A stretch of 64,000 nucleotides of DNA. Source: an uncultured Peptococcaceae bacterium (GTDB lineage Bacteria > Bacillota > Peptococcia > Peptococcales > Peptococcaceae). Location: NCBI GenBank assembly GCA_963931105.1, contig OZ007004.1:622973-686972 (forward strand), given 5' to 3'. Under the pieces are notes generated by a model that was given only the letters and a program-made list of their open reading frames with translations, was not told where the DNA came from and ran no database searches. A program made the position numbers and the translations under genes. Shown here one piece after another: positions 46,175-55,684 of the stretch (positions are counted from its first letter, which is position 1; every line of letters begins with the position of its first letter).

Positions 46175-48190
46175 TCAGATACCAGAGTCTTCGAGGATCT
46201 GATATGCGACGGCGCCTTCGCACTGTACTGGCATGCGCACGCCGAGCATGTAGGCGAGGGTTGGGGCCATATCTGCTTGGCGGATGATGCGTTCGCATTC
46301 ATATCCTTGCTTGAAGCCTTTACCTGCTGCGATGAAGATTGGGGTGACGCAGGTGTCTTCATAGCCTTGTACTTCTGGCAGTGCGTCGCCGTGGAGGCGG
46401 TTGACGCCTTCTTCGAGCCAGTAGAGGATGTCGCCGCATTCTGGGCCGCCGGTGCCGAGGTTAACGGCATCTTTGTTGCGCATGGCGACTGCGATGACGC
46501 GCTTGCCGTTTAAGCGATAGCTGTAGAGGGCGTCGATGATCTCGCGTTCGAGTTCATACTTATCGGCTGGATCAACGATACCGGTTGGGTATTTGCCTTT
46601 GAGGTTGATGTAGATCTGGCCGCCGCGGGTGGCAACAGCGCGGGTCTTTTCCCAGTCGATTTCTTTGATTGGGTTGCCGTTTTCATCTTTCTTGAGCACG
46701 GTGAAGCCGAGTTCGCTCATAACGCCAACGTTGCAGCCGAAAGCATCGCCGATGAGTGGCTTTTCTTCTTCTTCCGGAGTCAGCAGACCATGGTCGGAGA
46801 AGATGGTGATGGTCCAGCCTTCATCAAGATAGTGCAGGAAGCGGCCAAGGTAGCGGTCGGTTTGCTTATATACTTCTTCAATCGCAGCTTGATAGCCTTC
46901 TTCTTCCATCTTGCCCATGATCGGACGGTTCTTACCATAATACCAGAACATATGGCCCATCCCATCAACATTATGGATGTGACTGAAAACAACCTGGTAG
47001 CCATTGGTGTCAATGAGGTAGTTCAGGGCATCGGCCTGCCACTGGCAGAGCACATCCCAGGTTGGAAACATGATCTGATTGATAACATCCAGCTGTTTGC
47101 CGCCGAAGGTTGGGTTTGGTGGCACATGGCCGCAGTTTTCAACGACCTGCTTGTAGAGGCTTCTTGGGTGGAAAAGATTGTCGTGAGCGATATCGAACGC
47201 CTTGCTCATCCAGAGATGGACTTCGTTCCCGTCTTCGGAGATGGAGGTCAGAAGCATGTTGCGGTTGCCGAGGACTTTTTCTTCTTTATGAACGAATTCA
47301 TCGACAACATCGGAGACGTATTCGCCTTCCTTGAGCACGACGATTGGTTCCGTATCTTTCTTGCTGTGGTAGTAAGCCACGCGGTCATATTTTCCTTCTT
47401 CGTTTTTAAGAATGAGGCATGGACGACGAACCACACCGTTGGAGGTCACAACATAAAATTCCTTTGCGCCTTCTGGAGCATCTGTCCAGCCTTTTGCTTC
47501 TTTAACTGGGGAGTTGCAGAGGTCAATTGGAACGTCTTCAACACCATCTTCACCATCGCTTTGCTTGAGGATGATGGTGCGCATGCTCATGGCATCGCCG
47601 CCAAGGACGGTATTTGCATCAAAGACGTCGTCTGCTTCCGGCACATCTTCGATGACGCAGCCGGCACCGGTGTTGTTGGTTGCGCCTGGCTTATAGAGCA
47701 CTTCGGTGAAACGGGTGGATGCATAGGTCATCTTTTCCATTTCGATCTTTGCAACGCCAGAGTTTGGTGCTGCTGGCTGGGTGCCGTCGACAACGTGCAG
47801 ATTTGGGCTGTCGGAGGTTGGAGGCCAGCTGGAACCAGGCCAATGCCAAACGAGGGTCTTCATGCCTGCTTCTGCGGTAACGTTCCACAGCGCTTCTGCC
47901 TTGCAGAGACGGCTGTCGAGGTTATAGCCTGCAGTGTCCAGATGTACTGGATCCTGGCGCCAGAAGCAAGTGATCTGATGGGTGATTGGCAGTGCGCCGG
48001 TTGCCAGGGTTGTCCACAGTGGTGGGGTGATGGTTGGTGGGGTGCAGAGAAGTTTAAGGTCTTTTTTCTGAGCACCGCGTTCAATGAACTTTTTAATGTT
48101 AGGCAGTTTGCCCTGGTCGACGAACTTTCTTGTCAGGGATGGGTCCAATCCGTCAACACCAAGCATGAGGACTTTGTCTGTTAATGCCAT
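46175..48190 (-). CDS. alkaline phosphatase superfamily, type I phosphodiesterase/nucleotide pyrophosphatase (NPP)-like protein
   Basis: MLGVDGLDPSL metal-site motif and PTITPPLWTTLATG nucleophile-Thr motif. 671 aa. Confidence 0.8.
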   Translation of the reverse strand: MALTDKVLMLGVDGLDPSLTRKFVDQGKLPNIKKFIERGAQKKDLKLLCTPPTITPPLWTTLATGALPITHQITCFWRQDPVHLDTAGYNLDSRLCKAEALWNVTAEAGMKTLVWHWPGSSWPPTSDSPNLHVVDGTQPAAPNSGVAKIEMEKMTYASTRFTEVLYKPGATNNTGAGCVIEDVPEADDVFDANTVLGGDAMSMRTIILKQSDGEDGVEDVPIDLCNSPVKEAKGWTDAPEGAKEFYVVTSNGVVRRPCLILKNEEGKYDRVAYYHSKKDTEPIVVLKEGEYVSDVVDEFVHKEEKVLGNRNMLLTSISEDGNEVHLWMSKAFDIAHDNLFHPRSLYKQVVENCGHVPPNPTFGGKQLDVINQIMFPTWDVLCQWQADALNYLIDTNGYQVVFSHIHNVDGMGHMFWYYGKNRPIMGKMEEEGYQAAIEEVYKQTDRYLGRFLHYLDEGWTITIFSDHGLLTPEEEEKPLIGDAFGCNVGVMSELGFTVLKKDENGNPIKEIDWEKTRAVATRGGQIYINLKGKYPTGIVDPADKYELEREIIDALYSYRLNGKRVIAVAMRNKDAVNLGTGGPECGDILYWLEEGVNRLHGDALPEVQGYEDTCVTPIFIAAGKGFKQGYECERIIRQADMAPTLAYMLGVRMPVQCEGAVAYQILEDSGI

Positions 48191-48392
48191 GATAAAAACA
48201 CTCCTTTAAAAGATTGGTTTGGTCGATGAATGTTGTTCTCTATCGATGGCTTTATTATAGGCGGTGATTTATAGATCGCATAGGTTCAGCTTATTACACA
48301 AATTTCAAAACGTGTAAGAAACGGTTGCAACTCTTTTCCCTTCTGCAATCTGCATGCTATAATGAGAGTAACGTTCAAAGATTGGAGAGAGC

Positions 48393-49322
48393 ATGATGCG
48401 CGCAGAACATCTGAAATATTTCGTGGCCCTGGCCGAGAATCATTCGATCACAAAGACAAGCCTGGAATTTTACACCAGCCACCAAAGCGTGAGCAAGGTG
48501 ATTCGCCAGTTGGAAGAAGAAATGGGAACGGCCCTTTTTGTGCGCAGCCAAAAAGGCATGACGCTGACGCCTGAAGGCTAAGTGCTGCTGCCGGTGGCGC
48601 GCGAAACGATGCGCGCCTTTCAGCAGGTGCGGCTGGATATCTCCCATATCAATCGCCAGAAAGCCCTTGAAGGAGAGCTGCTCCTTTACGGCGCCCCGAT
48701 TGCCAATGCAATCGCCATGCCTACACTGCTGGACAGTTTCAGCGTCCTGTATCCGAAGGTGCGGTATCAAATTCGTGAAGCAAACACCCTCGACTGCATG
48801 AAGTATGCCTCTTTGCACCACGACGGTTTGGCATTGGTGGTCGTCATGCACGATGAACAGCTGCGAGAAATTTATACACCCTATATCAATCAAATTCATC
48901 TGACGCCCTTTACAAAAGATGAGTATATTTGCATTGTCAGTGCACAGTCCTCGCTGGCCAAACGCAAAACCCTGTCTGTGCACGAGCTTCTGGAGCATCC
49001 CATCGCCATGCTGCAAACAGAAATCAGCGAAACGCATCCGTTCACAAAACTCTTGCAGCGTCTAGGCAATGTGGTGCCGGCTTTGCTCACACAAAGCCGC
49101 CAGCTTTACGGCCAACTTATCGCATCGGGGCGTTATGTCGGCCTTGGCAGCCGACGCATGTCCGATTTCAGCCTCCTCTTCAACGACAACGACATCGTAT
49201 ATATCCCTTTCGAAGAAGATCTATCGGTCGATATCATGCTCGCCACCAACATCCATCCCTCTCACGATCCTGTGGCCAAAGCCTTTACCGATCTGGTCAA
49301 GGAGCAAGCGTCTGTGCCATAA
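48393..49322 (+). pseudogene. LysR family transcriptional regulator interrupted by an in-frame TAA at 48579-48581
   Basis: HTH part MMRAEHLKYFVALAENHSITKTSLEFYTSHQSVSKVIRQLEEEMGTALFVRSQKGMTLTPEG, then a stop, then VLLPVARETM... in the same frame. Divergent from the phosphodiesterase gene. Confidence 0.8.
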
Positions 49323-49377
49323 AAAAAGACCTTCGCAAACGGAGAATGCTTCCGTTGCGAAGGTCTTTCTTTTTTTC
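49322..49377. terminator. bidirectional rho-independent terminator
   Basis: AGACCUUCGCAAACGGA...UCCGUUGCGAAGGUCU flanked by A7 and a U-run. Confidence 0.85.
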
Positions 49378-49379
49378 GT

Positions 49380-50290
49380 TTATGTCAGCCCCCAAAAAAT
49401 CTGGTAATATCGCAGTGTGGTCTGGGCGGGTGCGGAAAGGTCGGTCAGGTCGCCCTCACCAAAAGGCGTCTGTGAACATGCGCCTTCGTTGATGGCTTCT
49501 TCAAACGGCACAGCCAGCTGCTGCACCGTTTCCTTCAGCCAGTCCTGAAACTGTCGGCGCACCTTTGGCAAGGCGGCGCTTTCGCGATACTGAATGTTTT
49601 TTTGAATATCGGTGTTACATGCACGCCTTGCTGGCGCAAATCCTGCTGTTTTTCAAGCAGATTGAACGGGGCGGTGTCGACACGCAAATTCAGCGTGGCT
49701 GCGTCCCGATAAGAGGCAAAGCCATAGAAGGTGCGCTCGTATTGCTCTTTGACGATCCAGTCGTCGGCCATTTTTTCGTAGTTTTCTTCCAGCCAGCCGG
49801 CAAAATCGGCATAGGCTTCTGTCGATAGTCGATGACGCTCGAGCGCTTCGTCAAGAAAGACGCTGAAAAGATCGAGCGGCTCTCGCGCGTAGCGCCCTTC
49901 CAGATCTTTCCGGTAGCGTTCCAAAATATCGGCGGCGCTGTTTTCTGCCGGAGTGGCAGCAAGCGCATCGAAGCATTGCCAGAAGCGGCTGTCGAATGCA
50001 TCGCGCATCTGTCGCGCACAGGTCAGTTTGGCTTCGTCTGTCATGCGCTCACGCTGACCGGCGGGAATGATCTCGCGCCGCACATAGATCTGCGGAAGCG
50101 TCGGCAGAATGCCCTGACGCGCAGCATTTTCGTAAAAATGGTAGGCTTCGTCCGGATCATCGGTGACGCGATAGAGAACGTCTCCGTCCTGCTTGTAGAC
50201 GCAGCCGATAATGGTGATCTCTTCGGCAAAGCCGCCAAGCTCTGCCATGCGGGCAACATCAATGCCGCACATATCGTCGCGTGTTCCCAT
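49380..50290 (-). pseudogene. hypothetical soluble acidic protein (~300 aa), frame broken in the T7 run 49597-49603
   Basis: The 251-aa ORF ends ...PIFKKTFSIAK... One extra A gives ...IFKKNIQYRESAALPKVRRQFQDWLKE... and joins ORF 49380-49571. AAGGAGGTG RBS. Confidence 0.65.
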
Positions 50291-50292
50291 TT

Positions 50293-51150
50293 TCAGCCCA
50301 CCTCCTTCTGTTTGTTCGCTTTATATTTCTGCAGAAGGTCGTAGAGCGCAGATGGCTTTTCGGCACGGAGCACGTAGTTGCCATCGGTATCGTAATGCAG
50401 CTGGATGTCTTCCTGCAGGAAGTTGTCGAGATTTTCCTCGCTGAACAGCTCTGCGGTCGCGCCTTTTTTGTAAACGCGTCCACGGCGCAGCATCAGACAT
50501 TGATCGAATTCTGGTCGCAGCTCTTCTGGATAATGGGTGACGTAAATGATGGCGGTGCCTGTTTCGCGGGCGAGCTGCTGCACCATGTAAAGGGTCTTCT
50601 CGCGGGCAAGAACGTCCAGACCAGTTCCCGGCTCATCGAGGATGAGAATATCCGGACGCACGAGCAACGCGCGCGCAATGAGCACATTCTGGCGTTCGCC
50701 CTTAGAGAGCATCTTAAATGGATAGTCGATCTTTTCCTCAAGGCCAAACGTGGCCAGCAGCATCTCTGCTTCAACGCGCGCGCGATCGCTGACTTTGCCG
50801 CGCACGCCAAGGCTGCCAAACAGACCTGAGAGCACGATATTGATCACGGCCTCCTCGGCGACAACTTTGTCAAAAAACGAACTCGAAACGAAGCCGATGC
50901 GTCGGCGCAGACGGAAAATGTTCTCGTCGCTGTATTCTTCGCCAAAAACGCGCAGTGTGCCGTGGGTGTAAGGCTGAAAGCCTGCAACGGCGCCCAGAAG
51001 TGTGGTTTTGCCGCTGCCATTGAGACCAAAAACGACCCAATGTTCACCGCGCTGCACCTGCCAGCTCACATCGTGCAGAAGATAGTTCGTCCCGGATTTA
51101 CACGAAAGGGCGCGCACGTCGATGACAGGGGTGTTCTCCACAGCGCTCAC
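50293..51150 (-). CDS. soluble ABC-type ATPase, single NBD, no cognate permease (ModF/YlmA-like)
   Basis: Walker A GLNGSGKTT, signature LSKGERQ, Walker B ILILDEPGTG, H-loop THY. GTG start overlaps the upstream stop. Confidence 0.85.
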   Translation of the reverse strand: MSAVENTPVIDVRALSCKSGTNYLLHDVSWQVQRGEHWVVFGLNGSGKTTLLGAVAGFQPYTHGTLRVFGEEYSDENIFRLRRRIGFVSSSFFDKVVAEEAVINIVLSGLFGSLGVRGKVSDRARVEAEMLLATFGLEEKIDYPFKMLSKGERQNVLIARALLVRPDILILDEPGTGLDVLAREKTLYMVQQLARETGTAIIYVTHYPEELRPEFDQCLMLRRGRVYKKGATAELFSEENLDNFLQEDIQLHYDTDGNYVLRAEKPSALYDLLQKYKANKQKEVG

Positions 51151-51581
51151 GCCCCTTCCACCAGGTCGCTGTCACGCAAAATGCTGGTGCGCCCCAGGGT
51201 GTCGGGCTTGACAGCCAGCGGCACGGTAAAGCCATGCTCATCGCTGATCCCAAGCTTGTCGTTTTGCCAGTCCATGATTTCGCAGATTTTGGCGATGTTC
51301 ATGCGTCGGCGCTGCTCATTGTCTTCCAGCCCCTGATACATATTAAAATGAAAGGTGTCGACGTAATATTTCGCCGCCAGATACACCTCGCGTTCAACAC
51401 CAAATTCAATGCGACCGCATTTTGGGCAAAAGAGCTCACTGCGCGCCGCCTCACAATTATGATACATGATACGTTCAACTTTCAACGGGCTGCCGCAGTA
51501 TTTGCACACACAGCGCGCTGCGCGCGTTTTCAGCGTGTCCAGATCGAGCGCCGCAGAACGTATTTCCTGATTTTCTTCCAC
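51147..51581 (-). CDS. zinc-ribbon protein, function unknown
   Basis: CKYCG...CPKCG pairs near the N-terminus. 144 aa. First gene of the 3-gene operon. Confidence 0.65.
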   Translation of the reverse strand: MEENQEIRSAALDLDTLKTRAARCVCKYCGSPLKVERIMYHNCEAARSELFCPKCGRIEFGVEREVYLAAKYYVDTFHFNMYQGLEDNEQRRRMNIAKICEIMDWQNDKLGISDEHGFTVPLAVKPDTLGRTSILRDSDLVEGA

Positions 51582-51807
51582 AGGTGATCATCCTCTCTCC
51601 ATATGATATATATTTCCTTTTATTTTATACCATCTATAATAGATTCCATAGTTCCAAATTGTTGCACGGCGCCCCGCCTCTGCAACGATTTGTTGCCGCG
51701 CACGAGCAGAAGTTGTCCTCGGCGGTCATTATTTAATTGCGAAGAAGGCGCTGGTCCGTTATTATAGTAGATAACAGGCGCGCCGCCGAAACTGCGCGCT
51801 TACTTTA

Positions 51808-54657
51808 ATGCAACAGGAGGGATTCTCCTTGAACCATAAACGTTTACTCAGCAGTCTTCTGGCGGCTGCATTTTTGCTCACAGCAGCACCGGCGCTTGCA
51901 AGCGAAACCTCGCCGGCTGTGATCGACGAAAGCCGCATCAATCCAGCCTACACGGAATGGATCGAAAATGGTCGCCAGGGTCCGGCGCCGTCGGCGCAGG
52001 ATTTTTCCTATCTCAGCGAAAGCTACGCAGCGCTGGCGGATCAGGCGCAGACGCGCACGAGCCGCGGCAGCTTGCCGTCAAGCTACGATCTGCGCGAATA
52101 TGGGCTGGTGGATTCTGTCGTGAACCAGGGCGATCTCGGCGTCTGCTGGGCGATCGCTGCAAATTCTTCAGCGGCAGGCAGCATCCGCGATCAATTTCCG
52201 CAGCTGACGCTTTCGCCGATGCACACAGCCTGGTTCTGCTACCACGGCAACGAAGAGGAAGAATATGCGCCGCTGTCCGATCCTTATCTCACTGGCGGCA
52301 ACGACGCCCGCGCAGTTGGCACACTGGCTGCCTGGAAAGGGCCAGTGACGAACGACAAGGCGCCGCTTTTGACGAACGAACGGCCGCATCTCGACGAAAG
52401 TCTGCGCTACGCTGCCGATTTTCATCTGCAGGACGCCTACTACATGCCGACTGGCAGCTATTCCGGTCCTGGCACAGACAACCACGTCCCGGATTCCATC
52501 ACCAAGCAGCTGATCATGACCGTTGGGCCAGTCAGCACAAATTACTATTCCCACGGGCTCAGCACCTACAATCCATCCACTCACGCTGTGTACAACAACG
52601 TCCCCCGAGCTTCGGACCACGCTGTGCTCATTGTTGGCTGGGACGACAACTATCCAAAAGAAAACTTTGTCGCCGGCAATCAGCCAGAGCACGATGGCGC
52701 CTGGCTGGTGCGCAACAGCTGGGGCAACGGCTGGGGCGACGACGGCTATTTCTGGCTTTCCTACGAAGACCAGACCATCGCCTGTGGCAATGCCTATCTG
52801 CTTGAAGAAGCCGACAATTACGCCCACAACTATCAGTACGACACCGTCGGCTGGTCCTACTCGATCGCCACAGATCCGAACAACCCAACCAGTGGCACAG
52901 CGGCGAATATTTTTACCGCCGAAAGCGACGAGCAGCTGGAAGCTGTCTCCTTCTACACAACCGACGCCGGCGCCCGCTATCACATCTCCGTTTACACAGG
53001 CGTAGAAGACGGGCAGCCAACTTCCGGCACCTGCGCCCTCGCTGAACAGAGCGGCCGCGAAACCTACGCCGGCTACCACACCATCGAGCTTGACGAGCCT
53101 GTTGCGCTCAAAGCCGGCGAGCAATTCAGCATCGTCGTCACCTTTGAAAATCCTGGCTACACGCTGCCAGTGCCGATCGAATGGTGCCCAATGCCATCGG
53201 ACAATTATGTGCCTGTCTACATGGGTGACGGCGGCGAAAGCTACATCTACACGCAGAACGGCTGGCAGGATGTCGCCGGACCGACGGACAACCACTACTA
53301 CATCACCAACGTCTGCATCAAAGGCTTCACCAATCCGCTGCCAGATTCCGGCGCTGCGGTGCCACAGGTACGCTTCTCCAAAATGGAAGGTCCTGTCGCC
53401 GACGGCACCAGCCTCTCGCTTTCTACCACAGGCGAAGCAGACATTTACTGGAGCGACGGCGGCAGTTTCCAGCGCTACACCGGCCCGATCAGCCTCGACG
53501 AGCTCGACGCCGCAGGTGACAGCGTCACCATTCGCGCTTACGCCGAAGCAGATGGCAAACGCGGCAACACCACCAGCCGCACCTTCACTCGCGCCACGGC
53601 TCTGCTCAGCGATCTCGCCGTGCGCTATGGCGATACGACGCAGCATCTCGATGTCAGCGAAAACGCGCAGAGCGTCACGCTGCCGCTGGAAGCAGAAAGC
53701 GTGCAGCTCATGGCGCAGAGCGGCGACCGCATCAGCCTCGATGGTGAAACGCTCAGCTCCGGCGATTGGAGCAGCGCCGTATCGCTTGCGCCAGGTGAAA
53801 CGAAAAACTTCCAGCTGCGCGTCAGCGCAGACGGCAAAAGCGACAGCACCATCACCCTTCAGATCACCCGCGGCACCGGCAGCACACCTGGACCAAGCGA
53901 CAGCCCGCTCTATCCTGTCCAGATCTCGGAGAAGCCTGAGCACGGCAGCATTCTCATTTCTCCGACTGCCGCCGCCAAAGACACCATCGTCACCCTCACC
54001 GTTTCTCCAGACGCCGGCTACACCCTCGACGCGCTCAGCGTCACCACTGACGCCGGACGCCGCATCGAGATCCGCGCCGAAGGAAACGGCCGCTACACCT
54101 TCAACATGCCAGACGGCGCCGTCAGCCTTGACGTGCGCTTCGCCAAAATCGGCGAGGACGCCGTGCCGTTTGACGACGTGTTCTCCAGCGACTGGTTCTT
54201 CGAGCCGGTGCGCTACGTCTACGAAAACGGGCTCATGATCGGCGTCTCCGACACGCTCTTTGGACCGCAAACGTCTGTCACCCGCGCCATGATCTGGGCC
54301 ACCCTCGCCCGCCAGGCAAACGCACAGGATTTGCCAGCTGGCGATGAATGGTACAGCGGCGTGCAATCCTGGGCCATCGAAAACAATATTTCCGACGGTC
54401 TGCGGCCAAACGACAGCGTCAGCCGCGAAGAGCTCATCACCATGCTCCATCGCTACAGCAATGCGCCAATAGCCAGCGCTGATCTCGACCGTTACACAGA
54501 CGCCACCACCATTTCGCCATGGGCAGAAGACGCCATGCGCTGGGGCGTCGAGCAGGGGCTCATCACCGGTCTCACCGACACCACCCTGGCTCCGCGCGAA
54601 GGCGCAACGCGCGCACAGCTCGCAGCCATTTTGCAGCGCTTTATCAATCTCTCATAA
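51808..54657 (+). CDS. secreted C1 (papain-like) cysteine protease with Ig/B-repeat domains and three C-terminal SLH domains
   Basis: Signal peptide LLAAAFLLTAAPALA. Catalytic DLGVCWAIAA, DHAVLIVGWD, NSWGNGWGDDGYFW. C-terminal SLH repeats (FDDV...WFFEPVRYVYENGLMIG...). An alternative TTG start at 51829 follows GGAGGG. Confidence 0.9.
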   Translation: MQQEGFSLNHKRLLSSLLAAAFLLTAAPALASETSPAVIDESRINPAYTEWIENGRQGPAPSAQDFSYLSESYAALADQAQTRTSRGSLPSSYDLREYGLVDSVVNQGDLGVCWAIAANSSAAGSIRDQFPQLTLSPMHTAWFCYHGNEEEEYAPLSDPYLTGGNDARAVGTLAAWKGPVTNDKAPLLTNERPHLDESLRYAADFHLQDAYYMPTGSYSGPGTDNHVPDSITKQLIMTVGPVSTNYYSHGLSTYNPSTHAVYNNVPRASDHAVLIVGWDDNYPKENFVAGNQPEHDGAWLVRNSWGNGWGDDGYFWLSYEDQTIACGNAYLLEEADNYAHNYQYDTVGWSYSIATDPNNPTSGTAANIFTAESDEQLEAVSFYTTDAGARYHISVYTGVEDGQPTSGTCALAEQSGRETYAGYHTIELDEPVALKAGEQFSIVVTFENPGYTLPVPIEWCPMPSDNYVPVYMGDGGESYIYTQNGWQDVAGPTDNHYYITNVCIKGFTNPLPDSGAAVPQVRFSKMEGPVADGTSLSLSTTGEADIYWSDGGSFQRYTGPISLDELDAAGDSVTIRAYAEADGKRGNTTSRTFTRATALLSDLAVRYGDTTQHLDVSENAQSVTLPLEAESVQLMAQSGDRISLDGETLSSGDWSSAVSLAPGETKNFQLRVSADGKSDSTITLQITRGTGSTPGPSDSPLYPVQISEKPEHGSILISPTAAAKDTIVTLTVSPDAGYTLDALSVTTDAGRRIEIRAEGNGRYTFNMPDGAVSLDVRFAKIGEDAVPFDDVFSSDWFFEPVRYVYENGLMIGVSDTLFGPQTSVTRAMIWATLARQANAQDLPAGDEWYSGVQSWAIENNISDGLRPNDSVSREELITMLHRYSNAPIASADLDRYTDATTISPWAEDAMRWGVEQGLITGLTDTTLAPREGATRAQLAAILQRFINLS

Positions 54658-54662
54658 ACAGC

Positions 54663-54703
54663 AATGCCCCACGCCGACGGATCGTCAGCGTGGGGCATTT
54701 TCT
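54663..54703. terminator. rho-independent terminator between the protease gene and the BMC operon
   Basis: AAUGCCCCACGC...GCGUGGGGCAUU followed by UUCU. Confidence 0.8.
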
Positions 54704-54714
54704 ATGCATGCAGT

Positions 54715-54993
54715 TTATTTCTGTGGCAGAATATCTTCGACTTCAGCATGTGGACGTGGGATAACGTGTACGCTGAGCAGTTCACCAACGCGCTGTGCAG
54801 CAGCAGCACCAGCGTCGGTCGCAGCCTTGACAGCGCCGACATCGCCGCGGACCATAACAGTGACGAGCCCGCCGCCGACAAATTCCTTACCGATGAGGGT
54901 AACGTTTGCAGCCTTTACCATGGCATCTGCTGCTTCAATGGCGCCTACCAAACCTTTGGTTTCGATCATACCGAGTGCTTCATTCTTAGTCAT
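54715..54993 (-). CDS. BMC-H shell protein (PduA/EutM-like)
   Basis: [26 protein letters not shown]...[17 protein letters not shown]...HVIPRPH. Confidence 0.95.
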   Translation of the reverse strand: MTKNEALGMIETKGLVGAIEAADAMVKAANVTLIGKEFVGGGLVTVMVRGDVGAVKAATDAGAAAAQRVGELLSVHVIPRPHAEVEDILPQK

Positions 54994-55035
54994 GTTGATT
55001 TCCTCCTAAATTTTGCTTTTTATTTTTAATTTTAA

Positions 55036-55683
55036 TTAGCGAACAATCTCTACAGTCCCTGCGACACCCATCGCATTGGCTTCTTCGGTGTCGAGATGAC
55101 ATTCCAGTTTTGAACTTGTGGTCACACGAATGGCAACGTTGTCATAAAGGCCACCGCGCAATCCGCCCACGCGAATCTTGACGATCTGCCCATCCTGCAC
55201 GCCATAGGCCTGCGCGTCTGCTGGCGCCATGTGGATATGACGCTGAGCAACGATGAGCCCCTGCGCCGTCTGCACAGATCCTTTTGGACCGACGACGGTG
55301 ATGCCCGGCGTGCCGGCAAGATCGCCGGAAAGTTTGGCTGGCGCTTTCACGCCAAGCTTAAAGCAGTCGCCGGCGACGATCTCGATCTGCGTTTCTTTTC
55401 TCACCGGACCAAGTACGCGCACTTTTTCGATCGCGCCCTTTGGTCCGCAGATGGTGACTGTTTCTTTGCAGGCAAATTGTCCCGGCTGAGAAAGCTCTTT
55501 CATTGGCGTCAGCTGATAGCCTGCGCCGAAAAGCTGGTCCAGATCTGCCTGCGAAAGATGGATGTGACGGTTGGAGATCCCTACCGGCACACCAGCGGCG
55601 GTGCTGGCTGCATTTTCTTTGGAAGCCTCCTGCACAGCCTTGAGCAGCGCCTGCATGAGCACTTCATATTCCTTGCTGGCCAT
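55036..55683 (-). CDS. pduL: phosphate propanoyltransferase PduL
   Basis: Two PduL repeats (VPVGISNRHIHLSQADLDQLFG and IVAQRHIHMAPADAQAYG). N-terminal amphipathic helix. Confidence 0.92.
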   Translation of the reverse strand: MASKEYEVLMQALLKAVQEASKENAASTAAGVPVGISNRHIHLSQADLDQLFGAGYQLTPMKELSQPGQFACKETVTICGPKGAIEKVRVLGPVRKETQIEIVAGDCFKLGVKAPAKLSGDLAGTPGITVVGPKGSVQTAQGLIVAQRHIHMAPADAQAYGVQDGQIVKIRVGGLRGGLYDNVAIRVTTSSKLECHLDTEEANAMGVAGTVEIVR

Positions 55684-55684
55684 T

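Noticed and set aside
46790-48184. 464-aa plus-strand ORF
   Set aside because: It is antisense to the NPP-type phosphodiesterase, which has clear catalytic motifs.
48579-48581. Programmed recoding of the in-frame stop in the LysR gene
   Set aside because: The codon is TAA, not TGA (Sec) or TAG (Pyl), and I see no SECIS- or PYLIS-like element. A nonsense mutation or base-call error is the simpler explanation.
52168-54450. 760-aa minus-strand ORF
   Set aside because: It is antisense to the C1 protease/SLH gene and has a G/A/V-rich shadow composition.
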